Below, piece by piece: positions 8,750 to 18,797 of a stretch of DNA of 64,000 nt. The notes beneath the pieces were generated by a model, which did no database searches, was not told where the DNA came from, and was given only the letters and a program-made list of their open reading frames with translations. The stretch comes from Chloroflexia bacterium (GTDB taxonomy: Bacteria; Chloroflexota; Chloroflexia; Thermomicrobiales; CADCWN01). How positions within the stretch are numbered: position 1 is the first letter of the stretch; each line of letters opens with the position of its first letter. Location of the stretch: contig JAXLWN010000008.1 of the NCBI GenBank assembly GCA_046328475.1, forward strand, positions 46,532 to 110,531. Reading direction: 5' to 3'. The translations under genes were made by a program, and so were the position numbers.

Positions 8750-8820
8750 GTTTGAAGGTTCGAAGGTTCGAAAGTTCAAGCCCAGAACCTTCGAACCCTC
8801 GAACCTTGAACTTTGAACCC
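8750..8820. repeat. GGTTCGAA-type inverted tandem tract
   Basis: 'gtttgaaggttcgaaggttcgaaagttcaag' (8750-8780) faces 'gaaccttcgaaccctcgaaccttgaactttgaaccc' (8785-8820). Confidence 0.85.
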
Positions 8821-8896
8821 ACAAAGTGGTACGCCACTTGCCACCACAGCCATAGGTCATTGCGTCGCCGATGACGCTCGTGGCAAGGAGGTTATC

Positions 8897-9541
8897 ATGG
8901 CGAAAGGACAGCGCGATTTGCGCGAATACCTGACCGCATACGACGCTCGCGAGCACCTGCCGGAACTGGCCGGTTGGATGGACGACGATCTGCTGAAACA
9001 GCTCACGCTCTGGAAAGGCAGCCGCTTTGCGAGCGAGGATACCTACTTCGACCTCGACAATCCGCAACGTGGGGCGTTCGTGGCGACGGGCGACGAGCGT
9101 CCGATTGTGGACCACACCTACGTCGCCCACAGCCAGGCGGGGGAGCGGGCCTGGATCGTGCTGACCACCTGGCAGCAGCCGATCGACCAGTCGCAGGGCG
9201 AGGCCCTGGCGCGGCAGATCGACGAGGTTGCCCCCGGCCCGACCCAGAGTGCGGCGGGGGATGCGCGCCCGCGCCCTGAGCCAACGGCAGAGGAAGACGG
9301 CAGGCGTCACCACGGTCTCGTCGACCGGTTGGTCCCGGAGCGCGGCTTCGGCTTCATCACGGACGACGACGGGAGCGAGTACTTCTTCCATCGCACCGCG
9401 CTGCAGGCCACGGTGTTGGACGAACTCGCCCCCGGCACGGCGGTGACCTTCGCCGTCGGCTCGGACCCGGGCGATCAGCCCGACGAGCATCTGCGCGCGG
9501 TCAGCGTGCGGCTGGCCGATGCCGAGGTACCGGCGGTGTAG
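8897..9541 (+). CDS. Protein with an unknown N-terminal domain fused to a C-terminal cold-shock (CSD/OB) domain
   Basis: RBS AAGGAGG lies 7 nt before the ATG at 8897. The C-terminus 'RGFGFITDDDGSEYFFHRTAL' is an RNP1/RNP2-like CSD signature. I do not recognise the N-terminal ~130 aa. Confidence 0.7.
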   Translation: MAKGQRDLREYLTAYDAREHLPELAGWMDDDLLKQLTLWKGSRFASEDTYFDLDNPQRGAFVATGDERPIVDHTYVAHSQAGERAWIVLTTWQQPIDQSQGEALARQIDEVAPGPTQSAAGDARPRPEPTAEEDGRRHHGLVDRLVPERGFGFITDDDGSEYFFHRTALQATVLDELAPGTAVTFAVGSDPGDQPDEHLRAVSVRLADAEVPAV

Positions 9542-9550
9542 GTAGACGCG

Positions 9551-9573
9551 AGTCGTGAGTCGTGAGTCGTGAG
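9551..9573 (+). repeat. (AGTCGTG)x3
   Basis: Copies at 9551, 9558 and 9565. The array begins 9 nt after the stop codon of the CSD fusion gene. Confidence 0.9.
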
Positions 9574-9779
9574 TAGAGACGTTACGCAGGGACTCGGCAT
9601 AGACACTGCATGGCGACACTTAAGGAACGGCGGCGCGGTGGCTCTCCACCGCGCCGCCGCTGCGTGCGGGGCGGGGGAGACAATCGTACGGGACGGAAGC
9701 ACCGAACGTGTTAACCGAATGGGGCAGGGCAAGTTGGTCATTGTGACGGTACTTCGCGCACCCGTACACTCCTAAAGTA

Positions 9780-12119
<2,340 letters not shown>

Positions 12120-12164
12120 CCTCTGCCCCTCTCCCTTCGCCCTTCTCCCCTCGTCCCCAACGCA

Positions 12165-12779
12165 CTAGTCGAAGTCGATGCGAGCGCCGTGGCTGCGGGC
12201 GAGGGCGACCGCCTGGGCGAGGTCGAGGCGGGTGTTGTTGAGGGTGAGCGCCTTGAAGTCAACGCCATCGAGGATGGCACCGCGCAGGTCGGTGCGGTCG
12301 AGGTTGGCCTTGGCGAGATTCGCATGGGTCAAATCGGCGTCGCGCAGATCGGTGCGGGTCAGGTCGCACTCGTAGAGGTCGGCCTCGGCGAAGCGCACGC
12401 GGCGAAGATCGCGCCTGGCGAGCTTCTGGAAGCGGAGATGCGTGTAGGACCAGTCGCCGCCCACGATGCGGAGCGCGTCGAGGTTCGCCTCGTTGAAGCG
12501 CGAGCCGGTCAGCTTGCAGGCGTGGAACTCGGCCGCGAAGAGATTCGCCTTGCGAAAAGTGCAATTGAGGAACGCCGAGCCGCGATGCACGCTGGCATTG
12601 AGCTGCGCCCCGGAGAAGTCGCAGCGGTCGAAGACGCACCCCTCGGTCGTCGCCTGCGAGAAATCGGCATCGCGAAAGCTGCACTCGGTGAACTTGCAGG
12701 CGTGCAGCGTCTCGTCGGCGAACACCGCATCGGAGAAATCGTCGCCATCGTGTTCGCGGTCGGTCCAAGGTTCGCTCAT
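12165..12779 (-). CDS. Pentapeptide-repeat protein (Qnr/MfpA/McbG-like size and architecture)
   Basis: 204 aa made almost entirely of A(D/N)LxX-type pentapeptides ('ADLYECDLTRTDLRDADLTHANLAKANLDRTDLRGA'). Confidence 0.85.
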   Translation of the reverse strand: MSEPWTDREHDGDDFSDAVFADETLHACKFTECSFRDADFSQATTEGCVFDRCDFSGAQLNASVHRGSAFLNCTFRKANLFAAEFHACKLTGSRFNEANLDALRIVGGDWSYTHLRFQKLARRDLRRVRFAEADLYECDLTRTDLRDADLTHANLAKANLDRTDLRGAILDGVDFKALTLNNTRLDLAQAVALARSHGARIDFD

Positions 12780-12784
12780 CGCGC

Positions 12785-12900
12785 CTCAGTCGTCAGTCGT
12801 CGTCGTCAGTGATGAGTGATGGGTGATGAGTGATGAGTACGTCCGAGCCGGCCGGACGTTACTCATCACTCATCACCCGATCCTCGTTACTCGTTACTCG
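12785..12900. repeat. Composite of heptamer arrays arranged as a long palindrome
   Basis: (CAGTCGT)-like 12785-12810 and (GATGAGT)x4 12811-12838. A stem forms between 12823-12845 and 12853-12876 (23 bp, one bulge) around GCCGGC. (GTTACTC) follows at 12885-12900. Confidence 0.9.
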
Positions 12901-14035
12901 TCTCCCTCATCGCCAACGCCCGCTCCAGCTGCTCCGTGACCGCCGCCACGCTCAGCCCGGCCATGCAGGGGTGGCCGGTGACGAGGCAGGCGCTATTCTT
13001 GAAGCGGTTTTCCGCGCAGACGAGGCACTTGGTCGTGCTGCGGGCGACGAGCAGGTTGGGGACGCGCGGTTGCCAGAGTCGCCAGGGACTCGCGCCGTCG
13101 TTGTCGGCATCCACGCCGACGACCGCGACCGTGGGGCAGCCGACGGCGGCGGCGACGTGGAGCGGCCCCGCATCCACGCAGGCGGCGGCGCGGGCGCGGG
13201 CGAAGGCTCCGGCCAGCTCCGGCAGCGTCGTCTGGCCGCGCAGATCGATGACCGGGGCGTTCGCCACCAGCCAATCCTCGTCCCCGGCGGCGGCGTAGAG
13301 TTGCCGGGCAACCTCGCGGCGGTGGCCGAGCAGGCCGACCGTCAGGCCGCGCGACTCGCACCAGCGCGCGACCTCGGCCCAGCGCGCGACGGGCCACTCC
13401 TTCGCGCCCCGGCTGCCGTTGATGTTGAGCACAACGTCGGGCACGGCGAACGGGGGCGGCGCGGTCGGCACCTCCGTGCGGAAGGGATCGGTGTGCTCCT
13501 CGCTCAGGCGGGCGAGCGCGCAGAAAATCTCGCCGATGTAGTTGGTGAAGACAACCGGCTCGTGCCGCGCGACGAAGTCGGGGCTGTTCCACTCCGCATC
13601 CGCGAGCAGGCTGTCGTAGGGATCGTCGCGGCGCGGCAGGCGGCGGCGGAAATCGCTGGTGAGCGCTCCGCCGGTGATGTAGCGCGGTGCGATGGCGGTC
13701 ACCACGACGACATTCAACTCGCTGAACTCGTCGCAGTTGATCGCGAGGGCATACGGCCCGGCGGCGGCGCGGCGCTCGCGGACGAACGCCACCAGGCGCT
13801 CCAGAAAGTCCTCCTCGGCCCCGCCGTAGAGCGAGAACCGGGCGTCGATGTGCGGCGACTGCTCCTCGAACGCGCGCGTGATCTCCCCACCGAAAACGTC
13901 GATCGTCGAGCCGGGATACTTGCGCCGCAGGCCGCGCAGCAACGGCGTCACGACGACGAAGTTGCCGGGCTTGTCGGCGGTAAAGACAGCGATGTGGGGA
14001 TTCGGCCCCAGGGATTGGTCATCGAAGCGTTCCAT
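12887..14035 (-). CDS. Glycosyltransferase family 9 (heptosyltransferase-like)
   Basis: 382 aa with the GT9 signature 'DAGPLHVAAAVGCPTVAVVG'. The last codons 'ETSNE*' and the TAA stop lie in the (GAGTAAC) heptamer array. Confidence 0.85.
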   Translation of the reverse strand: MERFDDQSLGPNPHIAVFTADKPGNFVVVTPLLRGLRRKYPGSTIDVFGGEITRAFEEQSPHIDARFSLYGGAEEDFLERLVAFVRERRAAAGPYALAINCDEFSELNVVVVTAIAPRYITGGALTSDFRRRLPRRDDPYDSLLADAEWNSPDFVARHEPVVFTNYIGEIFCALARLSEEHTDPFRTEVPTAPPPFAVPDVVLNINGSRGAKEWPVARWAEVARWCESRGLTVGLLGHRREVARQLYAAAGDEDWLVANAPVIDLRGQTTLPELAGAFARARAAACVDAGPLHVAAAVGCPTVAVVGVDADNDGASPWRLWQPRVPNLLVARSTTKCLVCAENRFKNSACLVTGHPCMAGLSVAAVTEQLERALAMRETSNE

Positions 14036-14087
14036 CTCCCTCTCGGCTCCTCGCGGTGCAACAGTGGGGGATTATAGAGGGTACGGC

Positions 14088-14206
14088 CCTCACCCCGCCG
14101 CCTGCGGGCGGCACCTCCTCGGAGAATGCGGAGTGCGGAGTGCGGAATAAGAGTGACCCCTCCCCGCCACTTCGCGGCGACCCTCCCCCTGAAGGGAGAG
14201 GGTGAG
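14088..14206. repeat. REP-like family A copy with embedded (TGCGGAG)x3 and a second hairpin module
   Basis: 14088-14115 'cctcaccccgccgcctgcgggcggcacc'. TGCGGAG at 14127, 14134 and 14141. 14181-14206 'ccctccccctgaagggagagggtgag'. Confidence 0.8.
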
Positions 14207-14457
14207 ATAGGTTTGTTTTTGCATTTTTGCTTTTTTCTTCCGCTCCACACTCTGGATCGGATCGGTGCACAGGGAGCGAAGCGTGCGCGCAGGTGGCCTC
14301 CTGGTGGCAAATCGAGTGCCGCTGCTGTATCGAACCCGTCGAGGAGGGCAGATCGTGCCACCTGGGTAGAACGATGATTGCGAGGGAGGGGTGCGCGACG
14401 GGGAGGAATTGTGCGCTGCGCACTTGTGAGCACTTTCTGCCGCAGGAGGCCCCCTAC

Positions 14458-15421
14458 TCAGTGCTCTCGTTCTTCTGCGAGCCTCGTAAGCCGCGCGCCA
14501 AGTTCGTGCAGCACAGCCCGCAGCTCGGCGGGTTCGTGGATGGTGAAGTCGCAGCCGACCCCGGCGATCAGCGCCGCGATCCAGGGCAGGCTGTCGGTGG
14601 TGCAGCGCAGCAGCACGCCGTCGGCGGTCTCTTCCATGGTTACGAGCGAGGCGGGCAGGCGACGCCGGGCAATCTCCAGCGACGTGTAGAGCGTGACGGC
14701 GACGCTGTAGGGGCGCGGGACGGTGGCGAGCGAGCGCGTCACGTAATCGAGCGCGTCGAAGTCGGTCGGCGGGGTGAAGGTAGCCGCGTCATCGCACCAC
14801 TCGGCCGCGAGCACCCGGTCGAGCCGAAAGACGCGGAGTCCTTCGCGCAGGTGACAATACCCCACCAGATACCAGAGCGCCGCGTGGTAGACGACGCCGT
14901 AGGGGTCGAGGAGGCGCTCGGTCTCCTCGCGGTCGCGCGAGCGGTAGCGCAGGCGCACTCGCCGACCGAGCCGCGCCGCCGCGCCGAGGGTCGCGACGAG
15001 CGCGCCCATCGGCGGCACGTCCGATTCGCGGAAGTCGAGCGCAATTGTGCCTTGCAACGCGACGAGGTGTTCGCGCAGGTTGGGCGGCAGGATGCGCGAT
15101 CTTCGCCAGCGCGGCCTCGATCGCGGCGGGATCGGCGGCGAAGCCGATCCGCCGCGCGGCGAGCAGGCCGAGCGCCAGCCCCAGCGCCTCGTCCTCGGTG
15201 AACATCAGCGGCGGCAACTTGAAGTTGGGGCGCAGGCGGTAGCCGCCGTGCCGCCCCTGCTCGGCGTCGATCGGGATGCCGAGGTCTTGCAGCATGGTGA
15301 TGTAGCGGCGCACGGTGCGGCGGTCGACTTCGAGGCGCGCGGCGAGTTCCGCGCCGCTGAGGCGACGGTGAACCTGCAAGAGTTCGAGCGCGGCCAGGAC
15401 GCGCGTCGTCGGATGGTACAT
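14458..15421 (-). pseudogene. YafY-type HTH + WYL domain transcriptional regulator, split by a frameshift as sequenced
   Basis: ORF 14789..15421 carries the HTH ('LSGAELAARLEVDRRTVRRYITMLQDLGIPI') up to '...AALAKI'. ORF 14458..15057 carries 'RILPPNLREHLVALQGTIALDF...' and the WYL core 'YGVVYHAALWYLVGYCHLREGLRVFRLDRV'. The frames switch near 15094-15098. Confidence 0.8.
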
Positions 15422-15497
15422 GCCTCTCCATTGCCCAATACTCGCGCGAAACTAGGGCCGATCATGTCCGATTTCGGCGCTAGACTGGAATTGTAGC

Positions 15498-15621
15498 GAG
15501 TCGTGAGTCGTGAGTCGTGAGAGGAGTAACGAGTAACGAGTAACGAGTAACGAGGGACGAGGGACGGACCTCACCCCGCCGCCTGCGGGCGGCACCCCTC
15601 TCCCAACCGCTGGGAGAGGGG
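15498..15621. repeat. (GAGTCGT)x3 + (GAGTAAC)x4 + (GAGGGAC)x2, then a REP-like family A copy
   Basis: Arrays at 15498-15518, 15524-15551 and 15552-15565. Then 15569-15621 'cctcaccccgccgcctgcgggcggcacccctctcccaaccgctgggagagggg'. Confidence 0.9.
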
Positions 15622-15661
15622 AAGGAAGGCAACCGATAGGTGAGAGTGCTTTGGGAGGTGG

Positions 15662-16093
15662 ATGATGGTTGTGGTGCAGCATTTGAATCCGGAGGGGATG
15701 CACAAGAACCCGGCGTTTTCGCAGGCGGTTGTGGTTGAAGGCGCGGCGCGGACGATCTATGTCGGCGGGCAGAATGCGGTCGCGGCCGATGGCACATTCA
15801 TCGGCAAGAACGACCTGGCCGCGCAGACGGAGCGGGCCTTCGCTAATCTCGAACTGGTCCTGCGCGAGGCGGGGGCGACGATTCACGACGTGGTGAAGTG
15901 GACGCTCTACGTGGTGCAGGGGCAGGACCTCCGCACCGGCTTCGCCGCCTACCAGCGGATCTGGGGCCAGCGCCCGAACCCACCGGCGATCAGCTTCAGC
16001 TTCGTGGCGGGCCTGGCGAACCCCGACTTCCTGGTGGAGATCGATGCTATCGCCGTCACCGGCATGGGAGGGATCAATGGCGCAGGGGCCTAG
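15662..16093 (+). CDS. RidA/YjgF-family protein
   Basis: 143 aa with 'AFSQAVVVEGAARTIYVGGQNAV...ERAFANLELVLREAG...VEIDAIAV', typical of the RidA fold. Confidence 0.85.
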   Translation: MMVVVQHLNPEGMHKNPAFSQAVVVEGAARTIYVGGQNAVAADGTFIGKNDLAAQTERAFANLELVLREAGATIHDVVKWTLYVVQGQDLRTGFAAYQRIWGQRPNPPAISFSFVAGLANPDFLVEIDAIAVTGMGGINGAGA

Positions 16094-16499
16094 CGAAGTC
16101 GGCAAGACGGCCGATGTTGGCTACCAGATCGGCGTCAGCCGGACGCTCCCTTTCTCCGAGGAGGCGATCTGGGGACTGCTGCTGTCGCCGGAGGGACTGG
16201 CGATCTGGCTCGGCGGGCCAATCGAGGTGGAGGAAGGCGCACGCTACACGCTGGCTGACGGCGCGTCGGGCGAGGTGCGCGTCTACAAGCCCTGGTCGCA
16301 CCTCCGCCTGACCTGGCAGCCACCCGGCTGGGCGCGGCCGTCGCTGATCCAGATCCGCGTGATCCCGGCGAAGACGGGGACGAGACTCAGCTTCCACCAG
16401 GAACATCTGCGCGATGGCGCGGCACGCGCGGAGATGAAGGGGCGGTGGGAGCGGGTGATCGCGGAATTGTTGGAGAAATTACCGGCGGGGGCAGGATAG
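16077..16499 (+). CDS. SRPBCC / AHSA1-like domain protein
   Basis: The ATG at 16077 overlaps the RidA gene end. '...VRVYKPWSHLRLTWQPPGWARPSLIQIRVIPAKTGTRLSFHQEHL' matches the Activator-of-Hsp90-ATPase-homologue/START-like pattern. Confidence 0.7.
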   Translation: MAQGPSEVGKTADVGYQIGVSRTLPFSEEAIWGLLLSPEGLAIWLGGPIEVEEGARYTLADGASGEVRVYKPWSHLRLTWQPPGWARPSLIQIRVIPAKTGTRLSFHQEHLRDGAARAEMKGRWERVIAELLEKLPAGAG

Positions 16500-16523
16500 A
16501 ACAGAGAGAAGCAACCGCGCACG

Positions 16524-16559
16524 AAAAAGAGGCCCGCCGCACAGTCGCGGCGGGCCTCT
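16524..16559 (-). terminator. Rho-independent terminator of csp
   Basis: A 13-bp GC-rich stem (16528-16540 with 16547-16559) and 6-nt loop, followed on the minus strand by a T-run (A-run 16524-16528 on plus). Confidence 0.6.
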
Positions 16560-16627
16560 CTGTGAAGGCAGAGGTTTGCTCGGGAACGGTGCCTACGAAG
16601 GCACCGGATACATTCGTGGTTCGGAGC

Positions 16628-16849
16628 CTACTCGGCGATGAGCACCTGAACGTGCTCGGCGCGCGAACGGCTGGGATTGCGCGGGTCGCTGCCCTCCATG
16701 AACTGGACGCGCTGGCCCTCGCGCAGCTCGTCGAAGGTGACGCCCTCGACGGCGCTGCTGTGGAAGAAGAGGTCCTGACCGGCACCATCCGGCTTGATGA
16801 AGCCAAAACCCTTGTCGTCGCGGATGGTCTTGATTGTGCCTTGCGTCAT
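16628..16849 (-). CDS. Cold-shock protein (CspA family)
   Basis: 73 aa 'MTQGTIKTIRDDKGFGFIKPDGAGQDLFFHSSAV...' with RNP1 and RNP2 motifs. Confidence 0.95.
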   Translation of the reverse strand: MTQGTIKTIRDDKGFGFIKPDGAGQDLFFHSSAVEGVTFDELREGQRVQFMEGSDPRNPSRSRAEHVQVLIAE

Positions 16850-16919
16850 GGGGAAGGTCCTTTCTGTTGCCTCACAGCGCTAACCATACCACACTTTGCA
16901 AAATCGTCGGCAAAACCCC

Positions 16920-16948
16920 TTGACAACCAGGCAAGCTCATAGTACAGT
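16920..16948 (+). promoter_or_regulatory. Sigma70-like promoter candidate
   Basis: TTGACA at 16920-16925, a 17-nt spacer, and TACAGT at 16943-16948, in an unusually AT-rich patch. Confidence 0.35.
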
Positions 16949-16954
16949 ACGTAC

Positions 16955-17240
16955 ATCAGGGACGCGCGGGTGCTCCCGCCGCCAAAACTCTCTCGGGAGT
17001 GCGGCGAACGGGACACAGGCGAACCAGTCGGGCGGCTCTCTCGGGTGCCGAGCGACGAACTCTCCGGTGCGGTGCCGCAAGGTGCCGGTCACACGAGTGG
17101 ACCTGGGCGAGGGTATGCCGATGGCCTCTAGGGGTTGTCGGCATCGCTCGTTTAAGGCCTGCCCCGGCGACAACCGCCCCACGGTCAGCTCAAATCCAGG
17201 CGAATGCTGAGAAGCACCCGCGCGCCGTCACTTGCGACGG
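16955..17240 (+). ncRNA. Candidate structured RNA of unknown class (alternatively a long leader of csp on the minus strand)
   Basis: Preceded by TTGACA-17nt-TACAGT. A 12-nt perfect complement, 16963-16974 with 17213-17224, closes about 260 nt. Internal helices are possible, e.g. 17133-17140 with 17168-17175. There is no credible ORF. Confidence 0.25.
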
Positions 17241-18676
17241 GCGCGCGAGCGTCGCTTGCGCGGCGACGCGGCGGGCTGCGGTGCCGCACCCGTGGGAGCC
17301 GTGCCGTTGGCCGCGACAGCGGCAGGCGACGGCGCGGAACTACCGCGCGCCACGGCAGCGACCGACCTGCGCTGCCCATTCGCCGCGGGCGCATCGCGTT
17401 GCGGCGAGAGCGCGGCCAGCGCGCCGACGAATCGCGCATCGGCGCTAACTCGCTGCCGGGAAAGCTGCCAGAGCGCGTAGGCCCCGGCGGCGGCGGCGGC
17501 ACCGAGCAGGACGAGGCGCACGGCGACGAGCGGGTGGACCAGGTGCTCCGTCTGCCACTCGACGATGTTCGGCAGATCGAAGAGCGAGGTATAGAGGATC
17601 TGGAAGGAGGCGAAGTAGTAGGCGACATCGAAGAGGGCGAACGCGATCCAGAAGGGGCGCGGCACCGCGAGCAGCGCGAGCGCGAGGTAGACCCAGAGGC
17701 TGTATTGCGGCGAGTAGATCTTGTTGACGAAGAGCCACCAGATCAGCAGCGTGGCCCCGAGCAGTGAGGCCACCGGGACGCGCGAGCGCAGGGCGACCAA
17801 CCCGAGGACCAGCCCACCGAGGGCCAGCAACATCAGGCTGGCGGTATTGATCTCGGGGATCGTCAGCGGCGGCAGCAGGGTCCAGATGCTCGGCTCGGGC
17901 CGGCGCTCGTTGTTGAGCGTGAAGAAGTAGGACCAGTTCTCCGGGTTGGCATTGGCGAGCGGGAGGTTGATCGCCGCGCTGCCGGCCGCGAAGAGCGCGC
18001 CAATCGTGGCGAGCGACCGCCAGCGGCGTTCGCGCAGGCGCTCGACCAGGATCGCGCCGAGGAAGACGATCGGGAAGAGTTTTAGCCAGACGGCGGCGAG
18101 CAGGGCGAGCGTGCCCCACACGTCGCGCCCGCGCGCATAGGCGAGCAGCGCCAGCGCGGTGAGCGCAATCGCGGCGAGGTCCCAGTTGAGGCCGCCGAGC
18201 AGGACCAGACCCGGCGCGGCGGCGACATACCAGCGGTTCGCCCCCGCGATCCCGCCGAGCGCCCCGACCGTGGCGAGGCCGCTCAGCGCCAGGACGGCGT
18301 AGGTCAGCGCGAAGTAGGCCGGGAGGCTGGGCGCGAAGCTGAGCAGATAGGTCAGCCCGCCGGTGAGCGGCGGATATTCGAGCCGGTAATCGAGATAGGG
18401 CCGGGGATGGTCCGCGAGGTGATCGCGGATGTGGAGCCAGATGATATCGGAGTAGTTGAGCGACCCGAAGCTAAAGGCGTGGTAATCGTTGGGGTGCCAG
18501 ACGCCCGGCTCGCGCAGGAGATAGCCGAGCAGGAGCAGCGCCGTGGCGGCGGCGAACGGGGCCAGCCAGCGCCAGATATCGGGCCAGGGGGCGGGGTTGG
18601 AACGCCTGGGACCGGAGCGCACCCGGAAGGTGCCCCCTGTGCGGCGTGGTGATGTATCGTTCGCTTGCGTCATCAA
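17228..18676 (-). CDS. DUF2029 / GT-C-type polytopic membrane glycosyltransferase-like protein
   Basis: 482 aa with about 10 TM segments and the 'NKIYSPQYSLWVYLALALL' motif typical of GT87/DUF2029 proteins. It has a basic Ala/Pro-rich C-terminal tail. Confidence 0.75.
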   Translation of the reverse strand: MMTQANDTSPRRTGGTFRVRSGPRRSNPAPWPDIWRWLAPFAAATALLLLGYLLREPGVWHPNDYHAFSFGSLNYSDIIWLHIRDHLADHPRPYLDYRLEYPPLTGGLTYLLSFAPSLPAYFALTYAVLALSGLATVGALGGIAGANRWYVAAAPGLVLLGGLNWDLAAIALTALALLAYARGRDVWGTLALLAAVWLKLFPIVFLGAILVERLRERRWRSLATIGALFAAGSAAINLPLANANPENWSYFFTLNNERRPEPSIWTLLPPLTIPEINTASLMLLALGGLVLGLVALRSRVPVASLLGATLLIWWLFVNKIYSPQYSLWVYLALALLAVPRPFWIAFALFDVAYYFASFQILYTSLFDLPNIVEWQTEHLVHPLVAVRLVLLGAAAAAGAYALWQLSRQRVSADARFVGALAALSPQRDAPAANGQRRSVAAVARGSSAPSPAAVAANGTAPTGAAPQPAASPRKRRSRARRK

Positions 18677-18797
18677 TCGGCTGCTGGCATCTCGCTAGGC
18701 CGCGCCATCGTGCGGCAGATGGCGTAATGATACCGCCCATCCTGCAATAGTTGTGCCCCGGCCCAGGGCGAAGGAGCGGGCGATGGCCCCAACGCCC

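Noticed and set aside
8750-8820. GGTTCGAA motifs resembling the tRNA T-arm (GGTTCGAATCC), at this locus and at 43537-43609 and 63389-63456.
   Set aside because: There is no acceptor stem, D-arm or anticodon arm around them. The motif is simply the unit of a tandem repeat. I found no tRNA gene in the window.
15498-15565. Possibility that the tandem arrays are CRISPR arrays.
   Set aside because: Units are 7-9 nt with no spacers, far below CRISPR repeat size. No cas genes are present.
16883-16905. Promoter for csp on the minus strand (TTGCCG-19nt-TGgTATGGT).
   Set aside because: The extended -10 is plausible, but the -35 spacing is poor and I cannot distinguish it from chance. I mention it here rather than listing it as a feature.
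16955-17240. Assigning the candidate RNA to SRP, 6S, RNase P or tmRNA.
   Set aside because: I could not find the defining motifs on either strand: the SRP GGAA tetraloop with AGCAG, the RNase P GAGGAAAGTCCGGGC and ACAGAA, or a tmRNA tag ORF with a CCA end. It is reported only as an unclassified candidate.
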